64,000 nucleotides of DNA from Lytechinus pictus (lineage: Eukaryota). Where the stretch lies: positions 31,374,001 to 31,438,000 of the forward strand of contig NC_087251.1 of NCBI RefSeq assembly GCF_037042905.1, given 5' to 3'. Shown piece by piece: positions 1-12,664 of this stretch (the first letter of the stretch is position 1; each line of letters starts with the position of its first letter). A program made the translations under genes and the position numbers. The notes under the pieces were generated by a model. It worked only from the letters and a program-made list of their open reading frames with translations. It was not told the origin of the DNA and did not search any database.

Positions 1-321
1 AAATATAATTAAATCAATATAATCATATATCATGAGAAGAATGGAGGGGTCCACTGAAAAGCAAAGCTTGTAAAATGTGAACCCCTCAAAAAGTTAGGAT
101 AGAAAGAATATTGAAATCTTAGTAAAACAGCTGGGGTAATATAATAATATCCAAGTCCTTTGGAAGCGCATAGAGACCCCGGGATAGAGACATTATTCAT
201 AATATTGTGATATGCGCTATACAAGAACTGTTTATTATTATTATTATTATTTTCAGGCTCTTTTTGGAGATTAATCTTCGATGGAAACGCACATTGACAA
301 AGTACACAAATACTCTCTATA

Positions 322-1281
322 CAGTGCGTATAAAAAATCGGGACAGTTTTGAAAAGTCTGTAAAAAAATTGTTTCATAATATTATATCTATATTTTGATG
401 TTAATAGATGCTCTGAGACCTTATGTGAAACAAATTATGTTATGGTACCTATATAAAAGACATGAATCCTATTTTCAAGGGGTTATTGAATCCTTCACCA
501 AGTTTAATTATGTGCTTGACAGGACAAACAGGAGAGGGTTCATGTCTTTCAATGGCAATGGTGTATTGAGTCAATTTTGAAGGGGCAGATCGGGTAAAAT
601 GTATTAAAAAGTTGTGAAGCGAGCAAGCAAAAATTTCCACTTTTTATTAAAATATCAAATTTTGTGATTTTATAATATTCAGAAAATAATATCATATTTC
701 CCTTTTTATGTTTTCTGTTATTTTCCTTTTCACTTTTTTTTCTTGTTCATGATTTTTTTTATTTGGGGGCGGGGGGGGGGGGAGTAACCCGAGCCCCCAC
801 CCATCAGTATGCCACTGTTCAAAGGCATCATAACCTTTGTAGCACACAATGAAAGGATTTGAAAAAAACACGCTCTCCCATACTTCGGTTAAAAAAAATT
901 GTTCTTGCCTAATAAAGGAATATTCAAAGCTAAAAGAGAACATATTAAAAAGAAACAACAACAACAGAAATATTCAAGCAGATAAGTAGATTTAGAAATC
1001 AATTTTCACCGAATAATTCGAAAATTATGGCAAAGATAATGAATAGGTTAAGAGGATATATGCTGATTAGCAAGAAGTCTGACCATCATTTTATGCCATT
1101 TTGGCGCAAGCCTCCTTTTTAACCCCAGACAAAAACATTCCGTGTTCGCTGAAGCATGAACGAAACTAAATTATTTTAATGGCATTTGAAGGATAAGACT
1201 TCAGAGCACCTATTGACACTAAAATATAGAGATAAAAATTATAGACTTTTCAAATCTGTCCCGTTTTTTTTATACGCACTG
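322..1281. mobile_element. Tc1/mariner-type MITE
   Basis: TIRs CAGTGCGTATAAAAAA.CGGGACAG.TTTGAAAAGTCT and its reverse complement; TA on both flanks (320-321, 1282-1283); no transposase ORF; a second repeat (~577-815, ending GCCACTG) sits inside. Confidence 0.85.
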
Positions 1282-1560
1282 TATAGGCCTACCCCCGCTC
1301 TCCCAAAAGTGATTTGTTTTAACATGCACCGATTTCCCGGCAAACACATATAGGCCTATTTCTCTCATTATTGTTGTTAAAATAAAAAAAAATTCTTCTC
1401 AGCTTAAAGAGTTAATATTCATAAATATACTCAACACTCTCCATGCAGTGCCTCCGTATTGATAGGGCCAATGACAGGTTTTGAGCTATTGAGCTCCTGT
1501 TATACTACAAAGTCCATTTGCGCATTTTCACGGTAACTGACGTTACAAGGCACAATTTTA

Positions 1561-3893
1561 CAGGGGCGGAAATCTCTCCCAAAAGGTAGGGGGGACACAG
1601 GGGCGGATCCAGCCTTCGCCAATAGGGGGGGGGGCGGAAATTTGTTTCAGCCAAATTTTCCCCGATCAGCAGCTCGAAGATGAGTTTTGTTTGTTTCTTT
1701 GAAGGGGTAGTCCTCATTAGTCACTTCTTAGCTTTATTCTTATACATTAATATATAATATCATCATCCTTATTCCATGTATTTATATGATTCGAGCGCGA
1801 AGCGCGAGCTAATTTTTTTGGAATTTTTTTGTATTTTTTCATAAAATTTGAACTGATTCTGGGCAATGTTTATCCTGAAAAAGATGTGTATGCAACTTAA
1901 TAATTACTACAAACGCAAAGCGCGAACAGAAATGAACTGATGGAAAAGATACCTGTTAAAGTAGCATTTAACAATCAAATAATGCGAGCGCGAAGGGCGA
2001 GCTGAATTTTTTTTGACATTTTCACCTAAAGAATGGAAATTCTAAGCACTTTTTGTAACTTAAGCAGAAAAGGCATATAAGTAAACAATTATTACGAGCG
2101 CGAAGCGCGAGCGGAAAATTTCGAGATTTAGTCCTTTAATATTTACTGAACGAGACACTCTATGTTTTGTAAATCCTGAAAAGGATGAGTATTAATAATG
2201 CGAGCGCAAAGCGCGAGCAGAAAATTTTTATATACGTTTTGAACTGGTACCTGTTGAAAAGGTACCTGTTAAGGACTGCTTACACTTAGCCATGAAGGCG
2301 TTACATATTTCAACAATAAAAAAAATGCGAGCGTGAAGCGCGAGCTGAAAATTTTTGAACTTTCTAAAGATAGAATGGAAAAACAGGATAGCTATATATT
2401 TTAACGATTGATGCGAGCGCTAAGCGCGAGCAGAAAAAAATATCGAGATTTAGACCTAAAAATGGGCCAGTCTGTTCATGTTTTGTAAATCATCAAAAGG
2501 ATGAGTAATATGGGGTCTTCTTACATTAATAATGCGAGCACAAAGCGCGAGCAGAAAAATGTTGATATTGTGATCTGAAACTGGATAATGATTTAAATTA
2601 GAGGACAAGTTGAGTATCTGAATAAACATGCGCGAGCGTGTTTCATATTTAGACCTAGAATCTAGGCATTCTAAATATAACTTTAATCATGAAAATCATG
2701 AAAAATTTGATATTCCGATCTGAAAAAAGAGCAAATTTTAGCTTTATATTTCAAGCACTTTGTAGAAAAATTATAAGGTGGATATGGATCGCATTTAAAA
2801 AAGAGCTGATATTATTATTACTTTGAGTTTTGACATAGGACAGGGACATCCTTACATGTCATATGAAAATCTTCCTATTCCTCTTGCTAAGCGCGAGATG
2901 AAACAAAAGGGACAATTTAATTATTAAATTAATATCATATTTATTAATGTCTAATGAGGGCGCGAAATCTGATGATATCATGGCATAAAAACTAGACATT
3001 TCACTTTTGTGATTATGAATAGGATGCATCAGTTAATATATTTTTAACCATTAATGCGAGCGCAAATCGCGAGCTAAAATTTTTGGTAAACTGTCATGAA
3101 AAGGGGATTTTAAGTAGTTTGTTGTATAATCAATATTGAAACATTTATATAACTCGCCATTCAAAATGCAAGCGCGCAGCGCGCTAGCTGATACGTCTTG
3201 ACAATCAGACCTGAAAAGGGATATTTTGAAAACTTTATGGAATACACGAAAATAATAGGTACCTGATAAATGAAAATTTGCGAGCGCGCAGCGCAAGCAA
3301 CATGTTAACATTCAGACCATAAAACTGACATTTTTACAGAGCACTTTTTAAAAACCAATTTGTAAATTACACAAAATAATGAAAGATCGATTTCCGAGGT
3401 GAAATATGTTTTATATATTGACTTCCAAACTTGATATTCGAACTCCATATTGAACAAGATATGTAAATCTTTATATTTTATTTTATTTCAGTGGCACGAA
3501 AGATTCTCTTTATTTTCCAAGTCTTCCCCTCATCTTATTTTATGCAGTCGCCGTCCTTCTCTTCTTTTTTCCTCTCTTTTCCCTCCCTTTTTACTTCTTT
3601 CTTTCCCTTTTTTCTTTTTTTTGCTCCGCCAAGAGGGGGGGGGGGGCGGGCCCCTCGGCCCCCTGGATCCGCCTATGGGGACAAGGGGCGGGAAAATTTG
3701 ACAAGCAAATAAAAAGGTTATCATCGTCAAAGTAAGGTCATCTCGTCCCAAAATATATGTTTTATTTCGATTTAGAATGATGTATTTCTTACCATCATAA
3801 AAGACCAAAAATAGTAGGGGGGACATTTGATATTGTGTCCCCCCTACTATTTTGAGTAGGGGGGACACGTCCCCCCTGGGATTTCCGCCCATG
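1561..3893. mobile_element. hAT-type non-autonomous element (outer)
   Basis: TIRs CAGGGGCGGAAATC / GATTTCCGCCCATG; perfect 8-bp TSD CAATTTTA (1553-1560, 3894-3901); an 8-bp TSD and CA..TG ends are typical of hAT. Confidence 0.85.
1598..3677. mobile_element. hAT-type non-autonomous element (inner) carrying a ~90-130-bp tandem array
   Basis: TIRs CAGGGGCGGATCCAG / CTGGATCCGCCTATG; flanks GGGGGACA / GGGACA (TSD with a G-run length difference); about a dozen GCGAGCGCGAAGCGCGAGC-type motifs between 1790 and 3300. Confidence 0.8.
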
Positions 3894-4221
3894 CAATTTT
3901 ACACACTTTTCATTGTATGTACATATATGATTATCTCTAAAACAGCAAATGATGGGAGTTTGTTTATGGGAGTTTGCTTAAAAGCAAACTCCCATCATTT
4001 GTTGTTTTAGAGATAATCATACACACAATGAAAACTGTGTAAAATTGTGCCGTGTAACGTCAGTTATCGTGAAAATGCCCATTTAGGAAAATATAATAAT
4101 GGAATAGAACATCGATCGCTTGCTCAAGACAATTTTTGGAAAGGTCCCAAACTGTGGAATTCTGTTACAAATGTTAATGCATGTAAACAAAGATCCCCTG
4201 AATAGTTCTAGGCCTATACTA

Positions 4222-5045
4222 CAGTGCGTCCCACAAAAAAAAAACGAAACCGAGATTTATCGATGAATTATCATAACTTAATCACAAATACAATAGACAA
4301 ATGACCTACCATTGTAAAGCTTAGAATCTCCTCTTTCATATGAAATTACTTAGATTATTTCTCATTCACGCATGAGTGAGCAAAAACAATTTGAAGAGGG
4401 GATACCAAAAAGTCATTTGGCGGGCTGTATCTGGGTTTCAAAAAGAAAACCACATTTTAAAAAAGTTCAATATCTGCTCTTTAATTTGATACCTCAATTA
4501 CAGAAAATGGTCAAGAAGTAACAAAGTTCTGGTTATTTGAAATAAGGCTTGAATTTCAATAATTTCATAAAATGAAGAGGTTTTACAGGCTAGCGTTCAA
4601 ACTCACTCGACACTCCGTTTTGTTGACGATCAGCCATGCATTAAGTCTTTTGTTAACCATATGCGATAGCTTCTGTGGGAAACCGGTGAAAACACGTTTA
4701 TTAATGAAATTATGGAAATACAAGCATTGTTTCGGGGGAACATAACTTTTTTACTTCTTGACCATTTTTTGTGATTAAGGTATCAAATAAAAGAGCAGAT
4801 ATTGATCCTTTTAGGCATGTGATTTTCTTTTTGAAATTCAGATACCCCCGCCAAATGAGTTTTTGGTATCCTTTCTTCAAATTGTTTTTGCTCACTCATG
4901 CGTGAATGAAGAATAATTTAAGTAATATCAGATGAAAGAGGAGATTCTAAGCTTTACAATGGTAGGTCATTTGTCTATTGTATTTGTGACTAAGTTATGA
5001 TAAATCATCGCTTAATCTCGGTTTCGTTTTTTCTGGGACGCACTG
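4222..5045. mobile_element. Tc1/mariner-type foldback MITE with ~300-bp inverted arms
   Basis: CAGTGCGTCCCA...TGGGACGCACTG termini, TA flanks (4220-4221, 5046-5047), long inverted arms (~4222-4545 vs ~4730-5045). Confidence 0.88.
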
Positions 5046-5329
5046 TATAATATTGCATTGAATGCAATATTATAAACCAAGATACATTCCCCAGTGGCGC
5101 AATGAGCCTAAGTTTTGCTGATGTGGCCAGATGTGGCGGATGCCACTTCAAGTTCTAAGAAGATGTAAGAGAGTGAAGCGAGCAAGCAAGGTTCGACCTC
5201 TTCAATCCAAAAATTATTAATTTTGGATAGATTTTGACATGATACTCAGAAAATTATATAATATTTCAACCTAGGCTTTCTTTCTCTTTCATTTTCTCTT
5301 TTTAATTCGTGGTAGTGAAAGTTTTGTTT

Positions 5330-5545
5330 TAATTTTTATTTCTATTTATATATAGTTAGATATTAATTGTTATTTATTTATGTATTCGTTTTATTTATTT
5401 ATTTATTTGTTTATTTATTTATCTATTTTTTTTAAAATTCATTCATTCATTCATTCATAATTTGTATTTACTTTTTATTCTTTTCTATTTCGTTTATTTT
5501 TATCATAATTTATTTTCTATTTATTTATTTATTATTATTATCATT
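5330..5545. repeat. (ATTT)n/(ATTC)n low-complexity microsatellite
   Basis: Directly visible degenerate tetranucleotide repeats. Confidence 0.85.
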
Positions 5546-6459
5546 TTTTTTTGGGGGGGGGGGGCATAGCCCTGCAAGCCCATCATGATGGTCTATACGG
5601 CAGTGCCGGTGTTTCCCAGTCAAATATGAAATGTACCAGGGACTATAGGCCCTTTTTATTGTGAGACTGTTTTTATATACATGTATACAGATCTACCGTA
5701 CTTCTTTTATATCAAAACGGGCCCTGATTTGCTTTTAGTCATGATGCCCGGGTGCATGCATGGTGATGATGATCCGCCTCTGCTGGGCGCTCATGGTGCT
5801 TAATTGCTAAAATATAGGAAATGTCTCACAAATTTCAATGTCTTCAAATGGTGATTAGAATCATGGATCCTACGTATAATGGATCATTTAGTTCAAATAC
5901 TGTCCTCGTAGTGCTACAATAGTGAGTGGGGAACAGAAAGTTCTTTCAACAGGGAAAACTCAAAACTTGATTTGGGTCTCTGTAGCTGCTTTCTTGATAA
6001 TTTGGGGAAGGCTGTGATACCATTTTTTTTTCTCTCTCTCTATTTTTACTGTTTTCTTTTCTCATTAAATAACAACCCTACACAGAGTGGTACCATGGGG
6101 GGGGGGTACATATATCCCGTATTGACCTACGTGCCCCCCCCCCTGATCAGAGACAAATGTCGGACACACGCAATGAAGACCCCCCTCCACTTAATTTTTC
6201 TTTTGTTTTTCGTGACATGAAACGTCACCTCCATTTGGGAATGAAGACCTTATTTGCATGTTTTGCTCAACAGATATTTTCTCAACAAAAATGCTCTCCC
6301 TCCCCCTTTTAATTTCATGCTTTAAAATAGTATGCGCATGTCGATCTATACTAGGGATATATGGTAGTATTATGTAATCTACAAAGTTGTAAATATTACA
6401 AATTAACGGTGGAAAAATAAGCACAGACCAAGCACTGTCCTAAATCGATCCTCGAATGA

Positions 6460-6559
6460 GAAATGATGTCATTTATCACGTGATTGTAAACGCCAATCAA
6501 AGTTCAAGCAACGCTTATCCGGTAATCGCAACCTTCACAAAACCCAGGAATTGGTGAGT
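6460..6559 (+). promoter_or_regulatory. PPM1A: Probable PPM1A promoter and non-coding exon 1
   Basis: Palindromic E-box ATCACGTGAT 6475-6484, CCAAT 6493-6497, strong donor TTG/GTGAGT after 6553, CpG-richer sequence and a YY1-like AAAATGGCG (~7027) downstream; linkage to PPM1A is inferred. Confidence 0.5.
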
Positions 6560-7208
6560 AAAATGCGTATTAAGTATAAATTTGAAGAGTGTGAAAGTTT
6601 CAAGTGTACGTGGAGTTACTGCACAATGAATATGCATTTTTATTTGGATCTTCCTTTAGACATAATGAAAATAGAGGTAGCTCAACGAAATTAAAATGGT
6701 TGAGTCTTGACCGTTCAGTTCGCTGTCGATTCACTGCCCCTGCACTGTGTCTGTGCCCCTGTGCTGGAGATAGGAGCTGGACTGGCTGCACGGGACTCGC
6801 GCGGAGGAGGACGGCAGGGCAAGGGAGAAATTCGGAAAACCACCCGCTAGCCGCGCCGCTGAATTGTAGATCTAACTTAAACTGCACAAAATTTGATGCG
6901 CAATAATTCGATATCACATTGTGATGATCATTAGTGAGCAATAATCTGATATTTGGCATTATCGTGAAATAAGTCACTAGACAGGCTGTCTCCAATTAAT
7001 TTCGTCGGTGCATGCTGGTGAAAAAAAAAATGGCGCGCAGCAGGATGTATGCTGACATTTGTAAGAAAGAAGAGACTTCATGACATATTCATGATGAGGC
7101 CAATTTAATGTGTGATTCAGTCTGCCTTTATCAACATGGAGATTTGTGCAAACTCTACACGTGTGTGTGTGCAGCTCTGCAATTTGAATAATATGTCGCG
7201 TATACGGT

Positions 7209-7622
7209 ACTACCCCTTATCGACTACCTTATTTTCTAAATCTAAGCATCGTATCTGCGAAAGTATTTATCACTTTTACCTATATTTCGTCTAATTTGTG
7301 CAGAAAATTGAGCAGATCAGATTCCGACATTTTGATCGACGACTGATTTTATTCGCGTATACCGGTAATGGTATATCGGCGAACAACGAATGCGACAATT
7401 TTACATTTGCTCATTTGCACCCTTCTTTTTAAACCGACCACCGGCCGCGATACACTAAGTTTACGGCCGATTCTTGTCATGTTGGCGAAATATTTTGACT
7501 CTTCCAAATCAGTTCTATGATGTTAAGGCCAAGTAAAAAAAGAAAGTAGTTGATCGTCCTCGCGCGCATCTATTTTGGCCGCCGCATGAAAATTTTTACT
7601 ATTTACTATTTTCAAAAACTTG

Positions 7623-7655
<33 letters not shown>

Positions 7656-8121
7656 GTGATGTTTCTCCTCCGTGCCTGCTTTCCTTTTTTATTGCAGCAT
7701 CAATTTTCTTGATATTTACTATTTTTATGGCTGCTGAATAGCGAAAAAAATTCACTAGATTGGCGAGTGATTTGCTCTCATGTGCTCTGGGATCTCTCTC
7801 GCAACTTCAAAAACAATTGCTAAGTCCGATATCGCCGTAACTGCAAGAAGGAAAAAAATTCTGATTTGGTTTTTTATTGGAATTTTGAAGATACCATCAT
7901 AAATTAGCGAGAAAATAAAGATCGAAACGTTTTAGTAAGGAGTGATGACCTACTATTCTTATATTGTATTGTCTATAAGAAATATGAAAGGATATGCTTG
8001 TACAAGTCTAATGTGAATAAGAAAAAAATATATATATAATGTATGATATAATATACAAAATGATATGTTCTGCACATATAACTAACAAAGCCCACAAGTG
8101 TTTTCGCCTTGTTGTTGTTGT

Positions 8122-8155
<34 letters not shown>

Positions 8156-9746
8156 ATTTTAATGTTTAACCCATCTGTAAGCACAGGTACACTAGCGCCC
8201 CCTCGTCTATGCATGGGTGACCTAGGCATTTATGTCCGAAAAATCGGCACAATGTACCGTGCTGACCGGTATGATTGCATCTTTGAAAGGGCAGGGCAAG
8301 CGCAACTAGTTGGAACTGAGCTGAAGATAGTGGTTTGTTTTTGGTGAAGATTTGTTTATATACCAATTTGACAAGAGTTACGACAAACTTTTGTACATAC
8401 CATAATTATCCTTTTTCATATTAGAAGGATACACAAGAATAATATTTCATATATGTATACATCATATTGGTAATAATATCATTATGTGAGAAGTGAGATT
8501 TTTTATTAATAGAGTCAATGGCGACAATAGTCAAATATGACTAATCGCCACTCAAACCAATATAAGAAGAAGAAGAAGTTTGCAAACTCGGAAAAGATCA
8601 CGGATTTCTTCATTTTTTAGTGCATTTTCGGGGACCCCGCTTCCTGAATCTGAACTAATCCGTCGCGTGCTTTGAAAATATGGCGCAGAAAAATCAATTT
8701 TAATGATGTAATTTGTATTTTAGCGGGGTATTTTGGTGAGTGATAGCGCCAGTACTTCGATGTGTGTTACGGTGAATGAGCTGTGCTTGTGACTCTGTAC
8801 TGTTGGGTGAATGCATGTGTGCTGGGATGATGTGATTGACTGTGCTGGCGCGACATGTGAATTTGTGAAATGAATTGAATTTTCTGGCAAGTTTTCTTAC
8901 ATCAGCAGGCAATGCATTGAATATTCAAAAAATAATTTCAAGTGGGTTATTCATTATCAATATTGAAAATCATTAATGGGATTCCAGTAAGTGCCAATTC
9001 TGTTCAAATTTGATAAACTTCATTCTTCCTCGAGCTATTCAATTTGATGGACAATTGTAAAAATTAGTAAATAGATCTAACACTAACAGTTACAAATATT
9101 GAAATCATAAACATTATGTGAACAATTAACAATTATAATCATTTAGCATTTGATATCAATTAAAAAAATGAATAAAAATTGAACAGTATTAAACATTATG
9201 TAAACGAATATACAAGCAGCTGGAAACTGCGATGCGAAACCATGCCCAGAGCTAAAAAAGAGATTGGCTCTGGAAAACTGAACATGGCTCCATGGTAATA
9301 AAAATGACCCCCCCCCCAATGCATGTTTTACCCTTACATATATATATATCAGTATAATACTTCAATAGATTTTTATCGCATATAATACATTTTCCATATA
9401 GATTTCCAATCAATTGTTTACATGTATATATATTACGCATATATATATATATCTATTTCTACTCATTTATTATTAATATTGAGTATGCATCGATCACATA
9501 ATTCGAGCTTGACATGGCCTGACAATCATTTGAATAAAAAATAGCAAAAAAAAAAGTAAATAGTAAGGACCTCCCTCATCACTGATGTCAAAAAACGGCC
9601 GAGAAAATGCCTCCTTGTTTTTAAAAAAAATAGCAAGATAGCAAATAGTAAGGACCTCCCTCATCACTGCTCTCAGAAAACCCAGACGATCAACTACTAT
9701 CTTTTTTTACTTGGCCTAACATGCTAAATGATCGTCTCACTACTTC
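7209..9746 (+). mobile_element. MITE-like repeat (copy 1; own sequence 7209-7526 and 9720-9746), interrupted by a Harbinger-like element
   Basis: Reverse complement aligns with 52450-52721 plus 56790-56850; begins ACTACCCCTTATCGAC. Confidence 0.75.
7527..9716. mobile_element. PIF/Harbinger-type non-autonomous element, 2190 bp
   Basis: 32-bp TIRs GGCCAAGTAAAAAAAGA(A/T)AGTAGTTGATCGTC with 1 mismatch; TAA TSD (7524-7526, 9717-9719); the empty site is visible in the paralogous repeat at ~52470-52490. Confidence 0.88.
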
Positions 9747-9928
9747 TAGGTGTGTGACGAAAAAAAAAAAAATCATCAAATATCAATAAATTTTGTATCA
9801 TTTGAAAGCTCTTAAAAGGACCTTTCAAATGATACCAAGAACTCTAAATTTCATCAAGAAATTATAATAAAGTTATTCCAGTCGCGCATATACATCCAAA
9901 TTTGTGGTCATTGTCTTAATGTAAAGTT

Positions 9929-9964
9929 AGTATACTAATACTAACCTCGCAATACGTGTGAGTG
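9929..9964. mobile_element. 36-bp micro-insertion with TSD
   Basis: AGTATACTAATACTAACCTCGCAATACGTGTGAGTG flanked by GTAAAGTT (9921-9928, 9965-9972); near-identical copy at 36518-36553. Confidence 0.75.
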
Positions 9965-11352
9965 GTAAAGTTAATGGAATACAGAACCGATTTTTGTGAA
10001 CATTTTGAACCCAAGTCTTCAACAGGCTCTAACTTCTTTGTTTTTTAGCCCTTTGAAGTAATTTAGGTATCAATGGAAAGGTGAAAGAAAGCTCAATTGA
10101 TGTGTAATCATTTCACTTTGTAATTTTTCTTCTTAATATGTGTAAAATAATTTCTTCTAATTAATTTTAATTAATTTTGCAAATTACGCAAAATCACAAT
10201 TACTCGCCTCTTTTTTTGCCAAATGAAGGTGATCATGGTAGCTAATTTATATAATTTAGTTGGCATCAAAACAGCATCATGTAGATAATTTCCTAAATGA
10301 ATTTGTGTAAAGTACTGGTATTGTTTTTGTAATTTCTAATGTATTTCTCTGTAAATTGTTGATATAAATTACAAGCTCTTTTTCAACTTTAGTATTGTAT
10401 ACATGTATGTACGGGGGTATTTTTTTACATATGAAAATCATCATTCCTTTTGTACTTTGTATAACCAAATAAAAATACAAGTGTGCTATTTTCTGATGTA
10501 TTTGATTGTTTCTCCAATTCCTTATGTATTCTATTTCAACAATTGTTATACAGTATAATATGTAGCTTTTGATTTGAGAGAAAATGGACATTTGATTACA
10601 ATTTTTTTTGGAGGGATGAGCAACTGAGTGTAAAATATGTATGTAGCATTGTATGCAATTTATTACAAGTATCAAGGAGGATAAAAGTTAAGCTTTAATA
10701 TATTCTATCAGTTTTCAATGCATTTCTTGTATACATACATTGTATTACAAAGGCCAGGCCTGTTTGAGCTCTCTTTTTTTAGAAAAATAAATAAATTCAG
10801 ATTCTAGAGTGAAATCACTGCACATAATTTTTTACACATATTACTACCATACTATTATGAAACAAAACAAAAAATTAGCAAGATTTTGTGGAAAAGAACT
10901 TAACAATCCAAATTTACCAATCTCCTCATGGATAGACTTGAAAGGCACCTGTGATGTCACATATGAACAACTTTCCCTTTGGTAGACTATAAAATACCCC
11001 CCAAATCTCTCATTTTGCTCTTTCTATGGTGATACAAACTCTATCCATAATGTATTCTTTGAAAATTTGTATATGCCCAGAAAGAATACATGATCTACTG
11101 ATAGATGTGATAAAAGAGGCAGCTTATTAAAGTGAATATACAAAAGTACTGGGAAAGTTGTTCACAAGTGACATCACACATGTTTGTCGTATTGCCAATA
11201 AGGAGGATCTCCATCTAGTGATCGCAATATTCAAATGCTCATAACTTATTATTTACCCGATTATTTCAAACTTTTGTTGATCTGTTTCTTTGATTTTTCT
11301 GTTTTCACACAAGCTACATGCATCTTGTTCCAAAGGTTGTATTTTCCTTTGA

Positions 11353-11932
11353 AGGAAACCCAAACCAAAGGAGAGGAGCAATTCTATTGGAAAGAGTAAA
11401 ATGAGAGGAACAATTTAAAACAAGTTTCATCAAAATCGGTTGTGAAATAACCAAGTTTTTTATGTTTAAAAAGTGTTGTTGTACTTTCTATTGGATCCTC
11501 AAATTCGCCACTGTGCTTCAGAATCACAGATTTTGTGGTCAACTCTCCATTTGTTTTGTACACAATTTTCAGATTTTCCCCATTATCTTTCAAATTGCAT
11601 CTTGCCTCCTTTTGAGCAAAACATATGTCATGGCCCGATGGGGAAAATATAATTCACATTACATTTGTCAAGGTCAGGAGGAGAAAATGTGAAATATGTA
11701 AAATAAAGGGGGAAATCTGAAAATTTGTTTACAAAACAAAAGGAGAGTTATCCTCAAAATCAGCCATTTTGAAGCCTGTTTGCAAATTTGAGGATCCCAT
11801 AGAAAGTATAACAAGACTTTCAAACTTCCACAACTCGCTTATTCTATATTAAACTGATTTTGATGAAACAAGTTTCAGATTGCTCTTCTTCTTTCAGGTA
11901 AGATGAATTCTCTCCTTGTATTTTGGTTTCCT
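11353..11932. mobile_element. Palindromic MITE, possibly Kolobok-like
   Basis: AGGAAACC..AA / TTTTGGTTTCCT termini next to TTAA-like flanks; degenerate inverted arms (e.g. GTTTCATCAAAATC / GATTTTGATGAAAC). Confidence 0.5.
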
Positions 11933-11989
11933 TAATCATACCTTGGAAGTAGGCATAAAGTTATACAAACTTATTTGCCTCTTGGTGTC

Positions 11990-12664
11990 TAAAGATCAGC
12001 AATAATCGCTTAGAATAAGCGCTGTGTTGTTGTGGAAGTGCATGGACAATTGAATATTTCAACAGGGTTAAACTTGTCCTTCTGTGACCAGAATTTGTCA
12101 AGGTTTGATTTGAAAGAGTTCAACGACCGATTTTCTGCAACATAGGATGGAACTGGAAGGCTGTTCCACTCTGTTACAACTCTTTGTGAAAATGAGCACT
12201 GTCTCAGCTTGGATCTTACATGCTTTTTTTTATACGCCTGTCATAGACGGGATGGTTTATGGTATCACGCTCGGTGTCCGTCCGTTAACTTTTCCTTGTA
12301 AACGCGATAACTTCAGTTTAACTTAAATCTAGGCTCATATGATTTGATGTGTATGATACTAGCATGGATCCCAGGAAGCCTACTGATTATGAGGTTCAAA
12401 GAAGGTCACAGTGACATATTTTCATCTTACCCTTCTGAAGTCCTTGTTAACGCGATAACTTTAGTTGAACTTAACCTAGGCTCATATAATTTGGTGTGTA
12501 TGATACTAGCATAGATCCCAGCAATTCTATAGATTTTGAGGTCAGAAGGTCAAAGGTGAAGTTGCCAGCTTCCACCTTTCTTGCTTGACCTTCAACTCCA
12601 GGCGGGCATATTATGTGCTCGACGTAGCGACACTCTTGTTGGAGTTTAAACAGGTGACCTCTAG
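11990..12664 (-). pseudogene. Degenerate 3' fragment of a CR1-type LINE ORF2, interrupted by a Helentron-like element
   Basis: Minus strand reads approximately RGHLFKL.KKHVRSKLRQCSFSQRVVTEWNSLP...SLNSFKSNLDKFW, matching the CR1 C-terminal RGH..KL..FS.RVV..WN.LP..FK..LD pattern. Confidence 0.7.
12231..12640 (-). mobile_element. Helentron/HINE-like non-autonomous element (short copy)
   Basis: AACAAGAGTGTCGCT start, CCCGTC..GACAGGCGTATA hairpin end, inserted in an A/T run, about two internal ~135-bp units; same family as 47468-48441. Confidence 0.65.

Larger units (their letters stand above)
1523..4077. mobile_element. Palindromic MITE split by nested insertions (own sequence ~1523-1560 and ~3902-4077)
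   Basis: CATTTTCACGGTAACTGACGTTACA.GGCACAATTTTA at left pairs with TAAAATTGTGCCGTGTAACGTCAGTTATCGTGAAAATG at right; internal palindrome ~3900-4045. Confidence 0.7.

Noticed and set aside
1790..3300. CRISPR-like pattern of a short palindromic motif with spacers
   Set aside because: Eukaryotic context, no cas genes, degenerate repeats, ~100-bp spacers that are related to each other, and the array lies inside a hAT element
6600..6995. ORFs of 131 aa (-) and 100 aa (+) near the PPM1A promoter
   Set aside because: No recognisable domain; expected by chance in GC-richer promoter-proximal DNA
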